64,000 nucleotides of DNA, from contig OZ024758.1 in NCBI GenBank assembly GCA_964016885.1, forward strand, positions 37,696,001 to 37,760,000. Direction: 5' to 3'. Under the pieces are notes generated by a model. It was given only the letters and a program-made list of their open reading frames with translations, searched no databases and was not told where the DNA came from. The translations under genes and the position numbers were made by a program. How positions within the stretch are numbered: the first letter of the stretch is position 1; each line of letters opens with the position of its first letter. Below, in pieces: positions 52,901 to 64,000 of this stretch. Origin of the DNA: Eledone cirrhosa (Eukaryota).

Positions 52901-55900
52901 AAGTAACCCCAATGTTGGTGAGAATTCATTTAAGTTCATGGTATTAGCTGTCAGAAGTCACTCCAATGTTGGTGAGAATTCATTTAAGTCATGGTACTAG
53001 CTGTCAGAAGTAACTCCAATGTTGGTGAGAATTCATTTAAGTTCATTGTATTAGCTGTCAGAAGTAACTCCACTGTTGGTGAGAATTCGTTTAAGTTCAT
53101 GGTATTAGCTGTCAGAAGTAACTCCACTGTTGGTGAGAATTCATTTAAGTTCATGGTATTAGCTGTCAGAAGTAACTCCACTGTTGGTGAGAATTCATTT
53201 AAGTTCATGGTATTAGCTGTCAGAAGTAACTCCACTGTTGGTGAGAATTCATTTAATTTCATGGTATTAGCTGTCAGAAGGAACTCCAATGTTGGTGAGA
53301 ATTCATTTAAGTCATGGTACTAGTTGTCAGAAGTAACTCCACTGTTGGTGAGAATTCATTTAAGTTCATGGTATTAGCTGTCAGAAGGAACGCCACTGTT
53401 GGTGAGAATTCATTTAAGTTCATGGTATTAGCTGTCAGAAGTAACTCCACTGTTGGTGAGAATTCATTTAAGTTCATGGTACTAGCTGTCAGAAGTAACT
53501 CCAATGTTGGTGAGAATTCATTTAAGTTCATGGTATTAGCTGTCAGAAGGAACTCCACTGTTGCTGAGAATTCATTTAAGTTCATGGTATTAGCTGTCAG
53601 AAATAACTCCACTGTTGGTGAGAATTCATTTAATTTCATGGTATTAGCTGTCAGAAGGAACTCCAATGTTGGTGAGAATTCATTTAAGTCATGGTACTAG
53701 TTGTCAGAAGTAACTCCACTGTTGGTGAGAATTCATTTAAGTTCATGGTATTAGCTGTCAGAAGGAACGCCACTGTTGGTGAGAATTCATTTAAGTTCAT
53801 GGTATTAGCTGTCAGAAGTAACTCCACTGTTGGTGAGAATTCATTTAAGTTCATGGTACTAGCTGTCAGAAGTAACTCCAATGTTGGTGAGAATTCATTT
53901 AAGTTCATGGTATTAGCTGTCAGAAGGAACTCCACTGTTGCTGAGAATTCATTTAAGTTCATGGTATTAGCTGTCAGAAGTAACTCCACTGTTGGTGAGA
54001 ATTCATTTAAGTTCATGGTACTAGCTGTCAGAAGTAACTCCACTGTTGGTGAGAATTCATTTAGTTCATGGTATTAGCTGTCAGAAGTAACTCCACTGTT
54101 GGTGAGAATTCATTTAAGTTCATGGTACTAGCTGTCAGAAGTAACTCCAATGTTGGTGAGAATTCATTTAAGTTCATGGTATTAGCTGTCAGAGGTAACT
54201 CCACTGTTGGTGAGATTTCAGTTAAGTCATGGTATTAGCTGTCAGAAGTAACTCCAATGTTGGTGAGAATTCATTTAAGTTCATGGTATTAGCTGTCAGA
54301 AGTAACTCCAATGTTGGTGAGAATTCATTTAAGTTCATGGTATTAGCTGTCAGAAGTAACTCCAATGTTGGTGAGAATTCATTTAAGTTCATGGTACTAG
54401 CTGTCAGAAGTAACTCCACTGTTGGTGAGAATTCATTTAAGTTCATGGTACTAGCTGTCAGAAGTAACTCCACTGTTGGTGAGAATTCATTTAAGTTCAT
54501 GGTATTAGCTGTCAGAAGTCACTCCAATGTTGGTGAGAATTCATTTAGGTTCATGGTATTAGCTGTCAGAAGTCACTCCACTGTTGGTGAGAATTCATTT
54601 AAGTTCATGGTACTAGCTGGCAGAAGTAACCCCAATGTTGGTGAGAATTCATTTAAGTTCATGGTATTAGCTGTCAGAAGTCACTCCACTGTTGGTGAGA
54701 ATTCATTTAAGTTCATGGTATTAGCTGTCAGAAGTAACTCCACTGTTGGTGAGAATTCATTTATGTTCATGGTATTAGTTTGTCAGAAGTAACTCCACTG
54801 TTGGTGAGAATTCATTTAAGTTCATGGTATTAGCTGTCAGAAGTCACTCCAATGTTGGTGAGAATTCATTTAAGTTCATGGTACTAGCTGGCAGAAGTAA
54901 CCCCAATGTTGGTGAGAATTCATTTAAGTTCATGGTATTAGCTGTCAGAAGGAACTCCACTGTTGCTGAGAATTCATTTAAGTTCATGGTATTAGCTGTC
55001 AGAAGTAACTCCACTGTTGGTGAGAATTCATTTAAGTTCATGGTACTAGCTGTCAGAAGTAACTCCACTGTTGGTGAGAATTCATTTAAGTTCATGGTAT
55101 TAGCTGTCAGAAGTCACTCCAATGTTGGTGAGAATTCATTTAGGTTCATGGTATTAGCTGTCAGAAGTCACTCCACTGTTGGTGAGAATTCATTTAAGTT
55201 CATGGTACTAGCTGGCAGAAGTAACCCCAATGTTGGTGAGAATTCATTTAAGTTCATGGTATTAGCTGTCAGAAGTCACTCCAATGTTGGTGAGAATTCA
55301 TTTAAGTTCATGGTATTAGCTGTCAGAAGTAACTCCACTGTTGGTGAGAATTCATTTATGTTCATGGTATTAGTTTGTCAGAAGTAACTCCACTGTTGGT
55401 GAGAATTCATTTAAGTCATGGTATTAGTTGTCAGAAGTAACTCCAATGTTGGTGAGAATTCATTTAAGTTCATGGTATTAGCTGTCAGAAGGAACTCCAC
55501 TGTTGGTGAGAATTCATTTAAGTTCATGGTATTAGCTGTCAGAAGGAACTCCAATGTTGGTGAGAATTCATTTAAGTCATGGTACTAGCTGTCAGAAGTA
55601 ACTCCACTGTTGGTGAGAATTCATTTAAGTTCATGGTATTAGCTGTCAGAAGGAACGCCACTGTTGGTGAGAATTCATTTAAGTTCATGGTATTAGCTGT
55701 CAGAAGTAACTCCACTGTTGGTGAGAATTCATTTAAGTTCATGGTACTAGCTGTCAGAAGTAACTCCAATGTTGGTGAGAATTCATTTAAGTTCATGGTA
55801 TTAGCTGTCAGAAGGAACTCCACTGTTGGTGAGAATTCATTTAAGTTCATGGTATTAGCTGTCAGAAGTAACTCCACTGTTGGTGAGAATTCATTTAAGT

Positions 55901-58900
55901 CATGGTATTAGCTGTCAGAAGTAACTCCATTGTTGGTGAGAATTCAATTAAGTCATGGTACTAGCTGTCAGAAGTAACTCCAATGTTGGTGAGAATTCAT
56001 TTAAGTTCATGTTATTAGCTGTCAGAAGGAACTCCACTGTTGGTGAGAATTCATTTAAGTTCATGGTATTAGCTGTCAGAAGTAACTCCACTGTTGGTGA
56101 GAATTCATTTAAGTTCATGGTATTAGCTGTCAGAAGTAACTGCACCGTTGGTGAGAATTCATTTAAGTTCATGGTACTAGCTGTCAGAAGTAACTCCAAT
56201 GTTGGTGAGAATTCATTTAAGTTCATGGTATTAGCTGTCAGAAGTAACTCCACTGTTGGTGAGAATTCATTTAAGTTCATGGTATTAGCTGTCAGAAGTA
56301 ACTCCACTGTTGGTGAGAATTCATTTAAGTTCATGGTATTAGCTGTCAGAAGTAACTCCACTGTTGGTGAGAATTCATTTAAGTTCATGGTACTAGCTGT
56401 CAGAAGTAACTCCAATGTTGGTGAGAATTCATTTAAGTTCATGGTATTAGCTGTCAGAAGTAACTCCACTGTTGGTGAGAATTCATTTAAGTCATGGTAT
56501 TAGCTGTCAGAAGTAACTCCACTGTTGGTGAGAATTCATTTAAGTTCATGGTATTAGCTGTCAGAAGTAACTCCACTGTTGGTGAGAATTCATCTAAGTT
56601 CATGGTACTAGCTGTCAGAAGTAACTCCAATGTTGGTGAGAATTCATTTAAGTTCATGGTATTAGCTGTCAGAAGTAACTCCACTGTTGGTGAGAATTCA
56701 TTTAAGTCATGGTATTAGCTGTCAGAAGTAACTCCACTGTTGGTGAGAATTCATTTAAGTTCATGGTATTAGCTGTCAGAAGTAACTCCACTGTTGGTGA
56801 GAATTCATTTAAGTTCATGGTATTAGCTGTCAGAAGTAACTCCACTGTTGGTGAGAATTCATTTAAGTTCATGGTATTAGTTTGTCAGAAGTAACTCCAC
56901 TGTTGGTGAGAATTCATTTAAGTCATGGTATTAGTTGTCAGAAGTAACTCCAATGTTGGTGAGAATTCATTTAAGTTCATGGTACTAGCTGTCAGAAATA
57001 ACTCCACTGTTGGTGAGAATTCATTTAAGTTCATGGTAATAGCTGTCAGAAGTAACTCCACTGTTGGTGAGAATTCATTTAAGTCATGGTATTAGCTGTC
57101 AGAAGTAACTCCAATGTTGGTGAGAATTCATTTAAGTCATGGTACTAGCTGTCAGAAGTAACTCCAATGTTGGTGAGAATTCATTTAAGTTCATGGTATT
57201 AGCTGTCAGAAGTAACTCCACTGTTGGTGAGAATTCATTTAAGTTCATGGTACTAGCTGTCAGAAGTAACTCCAATGTTGGTGAGAATTCATTTAAGTTC
57301 ATGGTATTAGCTGTCAGAAGGAACTCCACTGTTGCTGAGAATTCATTTAAGTTCATGGTATTAGCTGTCAGAAGTCACTCCACTGTTGGTGAGAATTCAT
57401 TTAAGTTCATGGTACTAGCTGTCAGAAGTAACCCCAATGTTGGTGAGAATTCATTTAAGTTCATGGTATTAGCTGTCAGAAGTCACTCCAATGTTGGTGA
57501 GAATTCATTTAAGTTCATGGTATTAGCTGTCAGAAGTAACTCCACTGTTGGTGAGAATTCATTTAAGTTCATGGTATTAGCTGTCAGAAGGAACGCCACT
57601 GTTGGTGAGAATTCATTTAAGTTCATGGTATTAGCTGTCAGAAGTAACTCCACTGTTGGTGAGAATTCATTTAAGTTCATGCTACTAGCTGTCAGAAGTA
57701 ACTCCTATGTTGGTGAGAATTCATTTAAGTTCATGGTATTAGCTGTCAGAAGGAACTCCACTGTTGCTGAGAATTCATTTAAGTTCATGGTATTAGCTGT
57801 CAGAAGTAACTCCAATGTTGGTGAGAATTCATTTAAGTCATGGTATTAGTTGTCAGAAGTAACTCCAATGTTGGTGAGAATTCATTTAAGTTCATGGTAC
57901 TAGCTGTCAGAAGGAACGCCACTGTTGGTGAGAATTCATTTAAGTTCATGGTATTAGCTGTCAGAAGTAACTCCACTGTTGGTGAGAATTCATTTAAGTT
58001 CATGGTACTAGCTGTCAGAAGTAACTCCAATGTTGGTGAGAATTCATTTAAGTTCATGGTACTAGCTGTCAGAAGGAACGCCACTGTTGGTGAGAATTCA
58101 TTTAAGTTCATGGTATTAGCTGTCAGAAGTAACTCCACTGTTGGTGAGAATTCATTTAAGTTCATGGTACTAGCTGTCAGAAGTAACTCCAATGTTGGTG
58201 AGAATTCATTTAAGTTCATGTTATTAGCTGTCAGAAGGAACTCCACTGTTGGTGAGAATTCATTTAAGTTCATGGTATTAGCTGTCAGAAGTAACTCCAT
58301 TGTTGGTGAGAATTCATTTAAGTCATGGTACTAGCTGTCAGAAGTAACTCCAATGTTGGTGAGAATTCATTTAAGTCATGGTACTAGCTGTCAGAAGTAA
58401 CTCCAATGTTGGTGAGAATTCATTTAAGTTCATGGTATTAGCTGTCAGAAGGAACTCCACTGTTGGTGAGAATTCATTTAAGTTCATGGTATTAGCTGTC
58501 AGAAGTAACTCCACTGTTGGTGAGAATTCATTTAGTTCATGGTATTAGCTGTCAGAAGTAACTCCACTGTTGGTGAGAATTCATTTAAGTTCATGGTACT
58601 AGCTGTCAGAAGTAACTCCAATGTTGGTGAGAATTCATTTAAGTTCATGGTATTAGCTGTCAGAAGTAACTCCACTGTTGGTGAGAATTCAGTTAAGTCA
58701 TGGTATTAGCTGTCAGAAGTAACTCCAATGTTGGTGAGAATTCACTTAAGTTCATGGTATTAGCTGTCAGAAGTAACTCCACTGTTGGTGAGAATTCATT
58801 TAAGTTCATGGTATTAGCTGTCAGAAGTAACTCCACTGTTGGTGAGAATTCATTTAAGTTCATGGTACTAGCTGTCAGAAGTAACTCCACTGTTGGTGAG

Positions 58901-61900
58901 AATTCATTTAAGTTCATGGTATTAGTTTGTCAGAAGTAACTCCACTGTTGGTGAGAATTCATTTAAGTCATGGTATTAGTTGTCAGAAGTAACTCCAATG
59001 TTGGTGAGAATTCATTTAAGTTCATGGTACTAGCTGTCAGAAGTAAATCCACTGTTGGTGAGAATTCATTTAAGTTCATGGTATTAGCTGTCAGAAGTAA
59101 CTCCACTGTTGGTGAGAATTCATTTAAGTCATGGTATTAGCTGTCAGAAGTAACTCCAATGTTGGTGAGAATTCATTTAAGTCATGGTACTAGCTGTCAG
59201 AAGTAACTCCAATGTTGGTGAGAATTCATTTAAGTTCATTGTATTAGCTGTCAGAAGTAACTCCACTGTTGGTGAGAATTCGTTTAAGTTCATGGTATTA
59301 GCTGTCAGAAGTAACTCCACTGTTGGTGAGAATTCATTTAAGTTCATGGTATTAGCTGTCAGAAGGAACTCCAATGTTGGTGAGAATTCATTTAAGTCAT
59401 GGTACTAGCTGTCAGAAGTAACTCCACTGTTGGTGAGAATTCATTTAAGTTCATGGTATTAGCTGTCAGAAGGAACGCCACTGTTGGTGAGAATTCATTT
59501 AAGTTCATGGTATTAGCTGTCAGAAGTAACTCCACTGTTGGTGAGAATTCATTTAAGTTCATGGTACTAGCTGTCAGAAGTAACTCCAATGTTGGTGAGA
59601 ATTCATTTAAGTTCATGGTATTAGCTGTCAGAAGGAACTCCACTGTTGCTGAGAATTCATTTAAGTTCATGGTATTAGCTGTCAGAAGTAACTCCACCGT
59701 TGGTGAGAATTCATTTAAGTTCATGGTACTAGCTGTCAGAAGTAACTCCACTGTTGGTGAGAATTCATTTAAGTTCATGGTATTAGCTGTCAGAAGTCAC
59801 TCCAATGTTGGTGAGAATTCATTTAGGTTCATGGTATTAGCTGTCAGAAGTCACTCCACTGTTGGTGAGAATTCATTTAAGTTCATGGTACTAGCTGGCA
59901 GAAGTAACCCCAATGTTGGTGAGAATTCATTTAAGTTCATGGTATTAGCTGTCAGAAGTCACTCCAATGTTGGTGAGAATTCATTTAAGTTCATGGTATT
60001 AGCTGTCAGAAGTAACTCCACTGTTGGTGAGAATTCATTTATGTTCATGGTATTAGTTTGTCAGAAGTAACTCCACTGTTGGTGAGAATTCATTTAAGTC
60101 ATGGTATTAGTTGTCAGAAGTAACTCCAATGTTGGTGAGAATTCATTTAAGTTCATGGTATTAGCTGTCAGAAGGAACTCCACTGTTGGTGAGAATTCAT
60201 TTAAGTTCATGGTATTAGCTGTCAGAAGGAACTCCAATGTTGGTGAGAATTCATTTAAGTCATGGTACTAGCTGTCAGAAGTAACTCCACTGTTGGTGAG
60301 AATTCATTTAAGTTCATGGTATTAGCTGTCAGAAGGAACGCCACTGTTGGTGAGAATTCATTTAAGTTCATGGTATTAGCTGTCAGAAGTAACTCCACTG
60401 TTGGTGAGAATTCATTTAAGTTCATGGTACTAGCTGTCAGAAGTAACTCCAATGTTGGTGAGAATTCATTTAAGTTCATGGTATTAGCTGTCAGAAGGAA
60501 CTCCACTGTTGGTGAGAATTCATTTAAGTTCATGGTATTAGCTGTCAGAAGTAACTCCACTGTTGGTGAGAATTCATTTAAGTCATGGTATTAGCTGTCA
60601 GAAGTAACTCCATTGTTGGTGAGAATTCAATTAAGTCATGGTACTAGCTGTCAGAAGTAACTCCAATGTTGGTGAGAATTCATTTAAGTTCATGTTATTA
60701 GCTGTCAGAAGGAACTCCACTGTTGGTGAGAATTCATTTAAGTTCATGGTATTAGCTGTCAGAAGTAACTCCACTGTTGGTGAGAATTCATTTAAGTTCA
60801 TGGTATTAGCTGTCAGAAGTAACTGCACCGTTGGTGAGAATTCATTTAAGTTCATGGTACTAGCTGTCAGAAGTAACTCCAATGTTGGTGAGAATTCATT
60901 TAAGTTCATGGTATTAGCTGTCAGAAGTAACTCCACTGTTGGTGAGAATTCATTTAAGTTCATGGTATTAGCTGTCAGAAGTAACTCCACTGTTGGTGAG
61001 AATTCATTTAAGTTCATGGTATTAGCTGTCAGAAGTAACTCCACTGTTGGTGAGAATTCATTTAAGTTCATGGTACTAGCTGTCAGAAGTAACTCCAATG
61101 TTGGTGAGAATTCATTTAAGTTCATGGTATTAGCTGTCAGAAGTAACTCCACTGTTGGTGAGAATTCATTTAAGTCATGGTATTAGCTGTCAGAAGTAAC
61201 TCCACTGTTGGTGAGAATTCATTTAAGTTCATGGTATTAGCTGTCAGAAGTAACTCCACTGTTGGTGAGAATTCATCTAAGTTCATGGTACTAGCTGTCA
61301 GAAGTAACTCCAATGTTGGTGAGAATTCATTTAAGTTCATGGTATTAGCTGTCAGAAGTAACTCCACTGTTGGTGAGAATTCATTTAAGTCATGGTATTA
61401 GCTGTCAGAAGTAACTCCACTGTTGGTGAGAATTCATTTAAGTTCATGGTATTAGCTGTCAGAAGTAACTCCACTGTTGGTGAGAATTCATTTAAGTTCA
61501 TGGTATTAGCTGTCAGAAGTAACTCCACTGTTGGTGAGAATTCATTTAAGTTCATGGTATTAGTTTGTCAGAAGTAACTCCACTGTTGGTGAGAATTCAT
61601 TTAAGTCATGGTATTAGTTGTCAGAAGTAACTCCAATGTTGGTGAGAATTCATTTAAGTTCATGGTACTAGCTGTCAGAAATAACTCCACTGTTGGTGAG
61701 AATTCATTTAAGTTCATGGTAATAGCTGTCAGAAGTAACTCCACTGTTGGTGAGAATTCATTTAAGTCATGGTATTAGCTGTCAGAAGTAACTCCAATGT
61801 TGGTGAGAATTCATTTAAGTCATGGTACTAGCTGTCAGAAGTAACTCCAATGTTGGTGAGAATTCATTTAAGTTCATGGTATTAGCTGTCAGAAGTAACT

Positions 61901-62312
61901 CCACTGTTGGTGAGAATTCATTTAAGTTCATGGTATTAGCTGTCAGAAGTAACTCCACTGTTGGTGAGAATTCATTTAAGTCATGGTATTAGCTGTCAGA
62001 AGTAACTCCAATGTTGGTGGGAATTCATTTAAGTTCATGGTATTAGCTGTCAGAAGTCACTCCACTGTTGGTGAGAATTCATTTAAGTTCATGGTACTAG
62101 CTGTCAGAAGTAACCCCAATGTTGGTGAGAATTCATTTAAGTTCATGGTATTAGCTGTCAGAAGTCACTCCAATGTTGGTGAGAATTCATTTAAGTTCAT
62201 GGTATTAGCTGTCAGAAGTAACTCCACTGTTGGTGAGAATTCATTTAAGTTCATGGTATTAGCTGTCAGAAGGAACGCCACTGTTGGTGAGAATTCATTT
62301 AAGTTCATGGTA
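48292..62312 (+). repeat. 14.0-kb duplicated block, copy 2 (copy 1 at 9027-23047)
   Basis: Same order of variants and same indel phase as 9027-23047. Mismatches resume just outside these limits (9026/48291 and 23048/62313). Confidence 0.93.
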
Positions 62313-64000
62313 TTAGCTGTCAGAAGTAACTCCACTGTTGGTGAGAATTCATTTAAGTTCATGCTACTAGCTGTCAGAAGTAACTCCTATGTTGGTGAGA
62401 ATTCATTTAAGTTCATGGTATTAGCTGTCAGAAGGAACTCCACTGTTGCTGAGAATTCATTTAAGTTCATGGTATTAGCTGTCAGAAGTAACTCCACTGT
62501 TGGTGATAATTCATTTAAGTTCATGGTGCTAGCTGTCAGAAGTAACTCCACTGTTGGTGAGAATTCATTTAAGTTCATGGTATTAGCTGTCAGAAGTAAC
62601 TCCACTGTTGGTGAGAATTCATTTAAGTTCATGGTATTAGCTGACAGAAGTCACTCCACTGTTGGTGAGAATTCATTTAAGTTCATGGTACTAGCTGTCA
62701 GAAGTAACTCCAATGTTGGTGAGAATTCATTTAAATTCATGGTATTAGCTGTCAGAAGTAACTCCACTGTTGGTGAGAATTCATTTAAGTTCATGGTATT
62801 AGCTGTCAGAAGTAACTCCACTGTTGGTGAGAATTCATTTAAGTTCATGGTATTAGCTGTCAGAAGTAACTCCACTGTTGGTGAGAATTCATTTAAGTTC
62901 ATGGTACTAGCTGTCAGAAGTAACTCCAATGTTGCTGAGAATTCATTTAAGTTCATGGTATTAGCTGTCAGAAGTAACTCCACTGTTGGTGAGAATTCAT
63001 TTAAGTCATGGTATTAGCTGTCAGAAGTAACTCCACTGTTGGTGAGAATTCATTTAAGTTCATGGTACTAGCTGTCAGAAGTAACTCCACTGTTGGTGAG
63101 AATTCATTTAAGTTCATGGTATTAGCTGTCAGAAGTAACTCCACTGTTGGTGAGAATTCATTTAAGTTCATGGTATTAGCTGACAGAAGTCACTCCACTG
63201 TTGGTGAGAATTCATTTAAGTCATGGTATTAGCTGTCAGAAGTAACTCCACTGTTGGTGAGAATTCATTTAAGTTCATGGTACTAGCTGTCAGAAGTAAC
63301 TCCACTGTTGGTGAGAATTCATTTAAGTTCATGGTATTAGCTGTCAGAAGTAACTCCACTGTTGGTGAGAATTCATTTAAGTTCATGGTATTAGCTGACA
63401 GAAGTCACTCCACTGTTGGTGAGAATTCATTTAAGTTCATGGTACTAGCTGTCAGAAGTAACTCCAATGTTGGTGAGAATTCATTTAAGTTCATGGTATT
63501 AGCTGTCAGAAGTAACTCCACTGTTGGTGAGAATTCATTTAAGTTCATGGTATTAGCTGTCAGAAGTAACTCCACTGTTGGTGAGAATTCATTTAAGTTC
63601 ATGGTATTAGCTGTCAGAAGTAACTCCACTGTTGGTGAGAATTCATTTAAGTTCATGGTACTAGCTGTCAGAAGTAACTCCAATGTTGGTGAGAATTCAT
63701 TTAAGTTCATGGTACTAGCTGTCAGAAGTAACTCCACTGTTGGTGAGAATTCATTTAAGTTCATGGTATTAGTTTGTCAGAAGTAACTCCACTGTTGGTG
63801 AGAATTCATTTAAGTCATGGTATTAGTTGTCAGAAGTAACTCCAATGTTGATGAGAATTCATTTAAGTTCATGGTATTAGCTGTCAGAAGGAACTCCACT
63901 GTTGGTGAGAATTCATTTAAGTTCATGGTATTAGCTGTCAGAAGGAACTCCAATGTTGGTGAGAATTCATTTAAGTCATGGTACTAGCTGTCAGAAGTAA

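Larger units (their letters stand above)
1..64000. repeat. Tandem satellite DNA array, 54-bp monomer (common 53-bp deletion variant; rare 55- and 58-bp variants), about 1,190 copies
   Basis: The consensus ATGGTATTAGCTGTCAGAAGTAACTCCACTGTTGGTGAGAATTCATTTAAGTTC repeats head-to-tail through the entire window, usually with 0-3 differences per copy. Common variants are TTA/CTA, AGT/AGG, AAC/CAC, ACT/AAT and AAGTTC/AAGTC. GAATTC recurs about every 54 bp. Copy number is estimated as 64000 divided by about 53.9. Confidence 0.99.

Noticed and set aside
312-63764. Minus-strand ORFs of repeated MNLNEFSPTVELLLTANT, superficially leucine-rich-repeat-like
   Set aside because: They are the antisense reading of the same satellite. 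The AAC>CAC variant creates in-frame TGA stops and indels break the frame. The pattern does not fit the LxxLxLxxN consensus convincingly.
51-63786. Plus-strand ORFs of repeated MVLAVRSNSTVGENSFKF (up to 385 aa) as a repeat-protein family or phase-variable gene system
   Set aside because: 54 is a multiple of 3, and an 18-codon unit is often stop-free in some frame by chance. Frameshifting indels occur every few monomers, most variants change amino acids, and there is no unique N- or C-terminal domain or intergenic sequence.
1-64000. CRISPR array or other repeat-spacer system
   Set aside because: No unique spacers; every position of the unit is repeated. No cas genes or leader.
1-64000. Variant order as a deliberate code or synthetic concatemer (EcoRI site in each unit)
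   Set aside because: Variants follow nested, hierarchical duplication with private mutations, as expected from natural satellite turnover. EcoRI-ligated monomers would be in mixed orientation, whereas these are head-to-tail.

Overview
The whole 64 kb window is one uninterrupted tandem satellite DNA array of about 1,190 head-to-tail copies of a 54-bp monomer (consensus ATGGTATTAGCTGTCAGAAGTAACTCCACTGTTGGTGAGAATTCATTTAAGTTC; 21/54 = 39% GC, no CpG, one EcoRI site). Both array ends lie outside the window. I see no unique sequence, no credible gene, RNA gene, CRISPR array or mobile element. The ORF track is a by-product of a monomer that is 18 codons long and stop-free in one frame on each strand. 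The informative structure lies in the variants. (1) One 84-86 bp segment at 42026-42111 is in the opposite orientation. It is an exact inverted copy of 41920-42005, giving an 86-bp stem with a 20-nt loop, and both junctions stay in monomer register. (2) A 14.0-kb block recurs 39,265 bp later with no differences I could find by eye. (3) Nested duplications with offsets of 0.4-9 kb record the expansion history. (4) Diagnostic variants are zoned in an A-B-A pattern. The array looks like eukaryotic centromeric, pericentromeric or other heterochromatic satellite, but that is inference. I cannot name the organism or the satellite family, and I found no evidence for a new protein-coding system.
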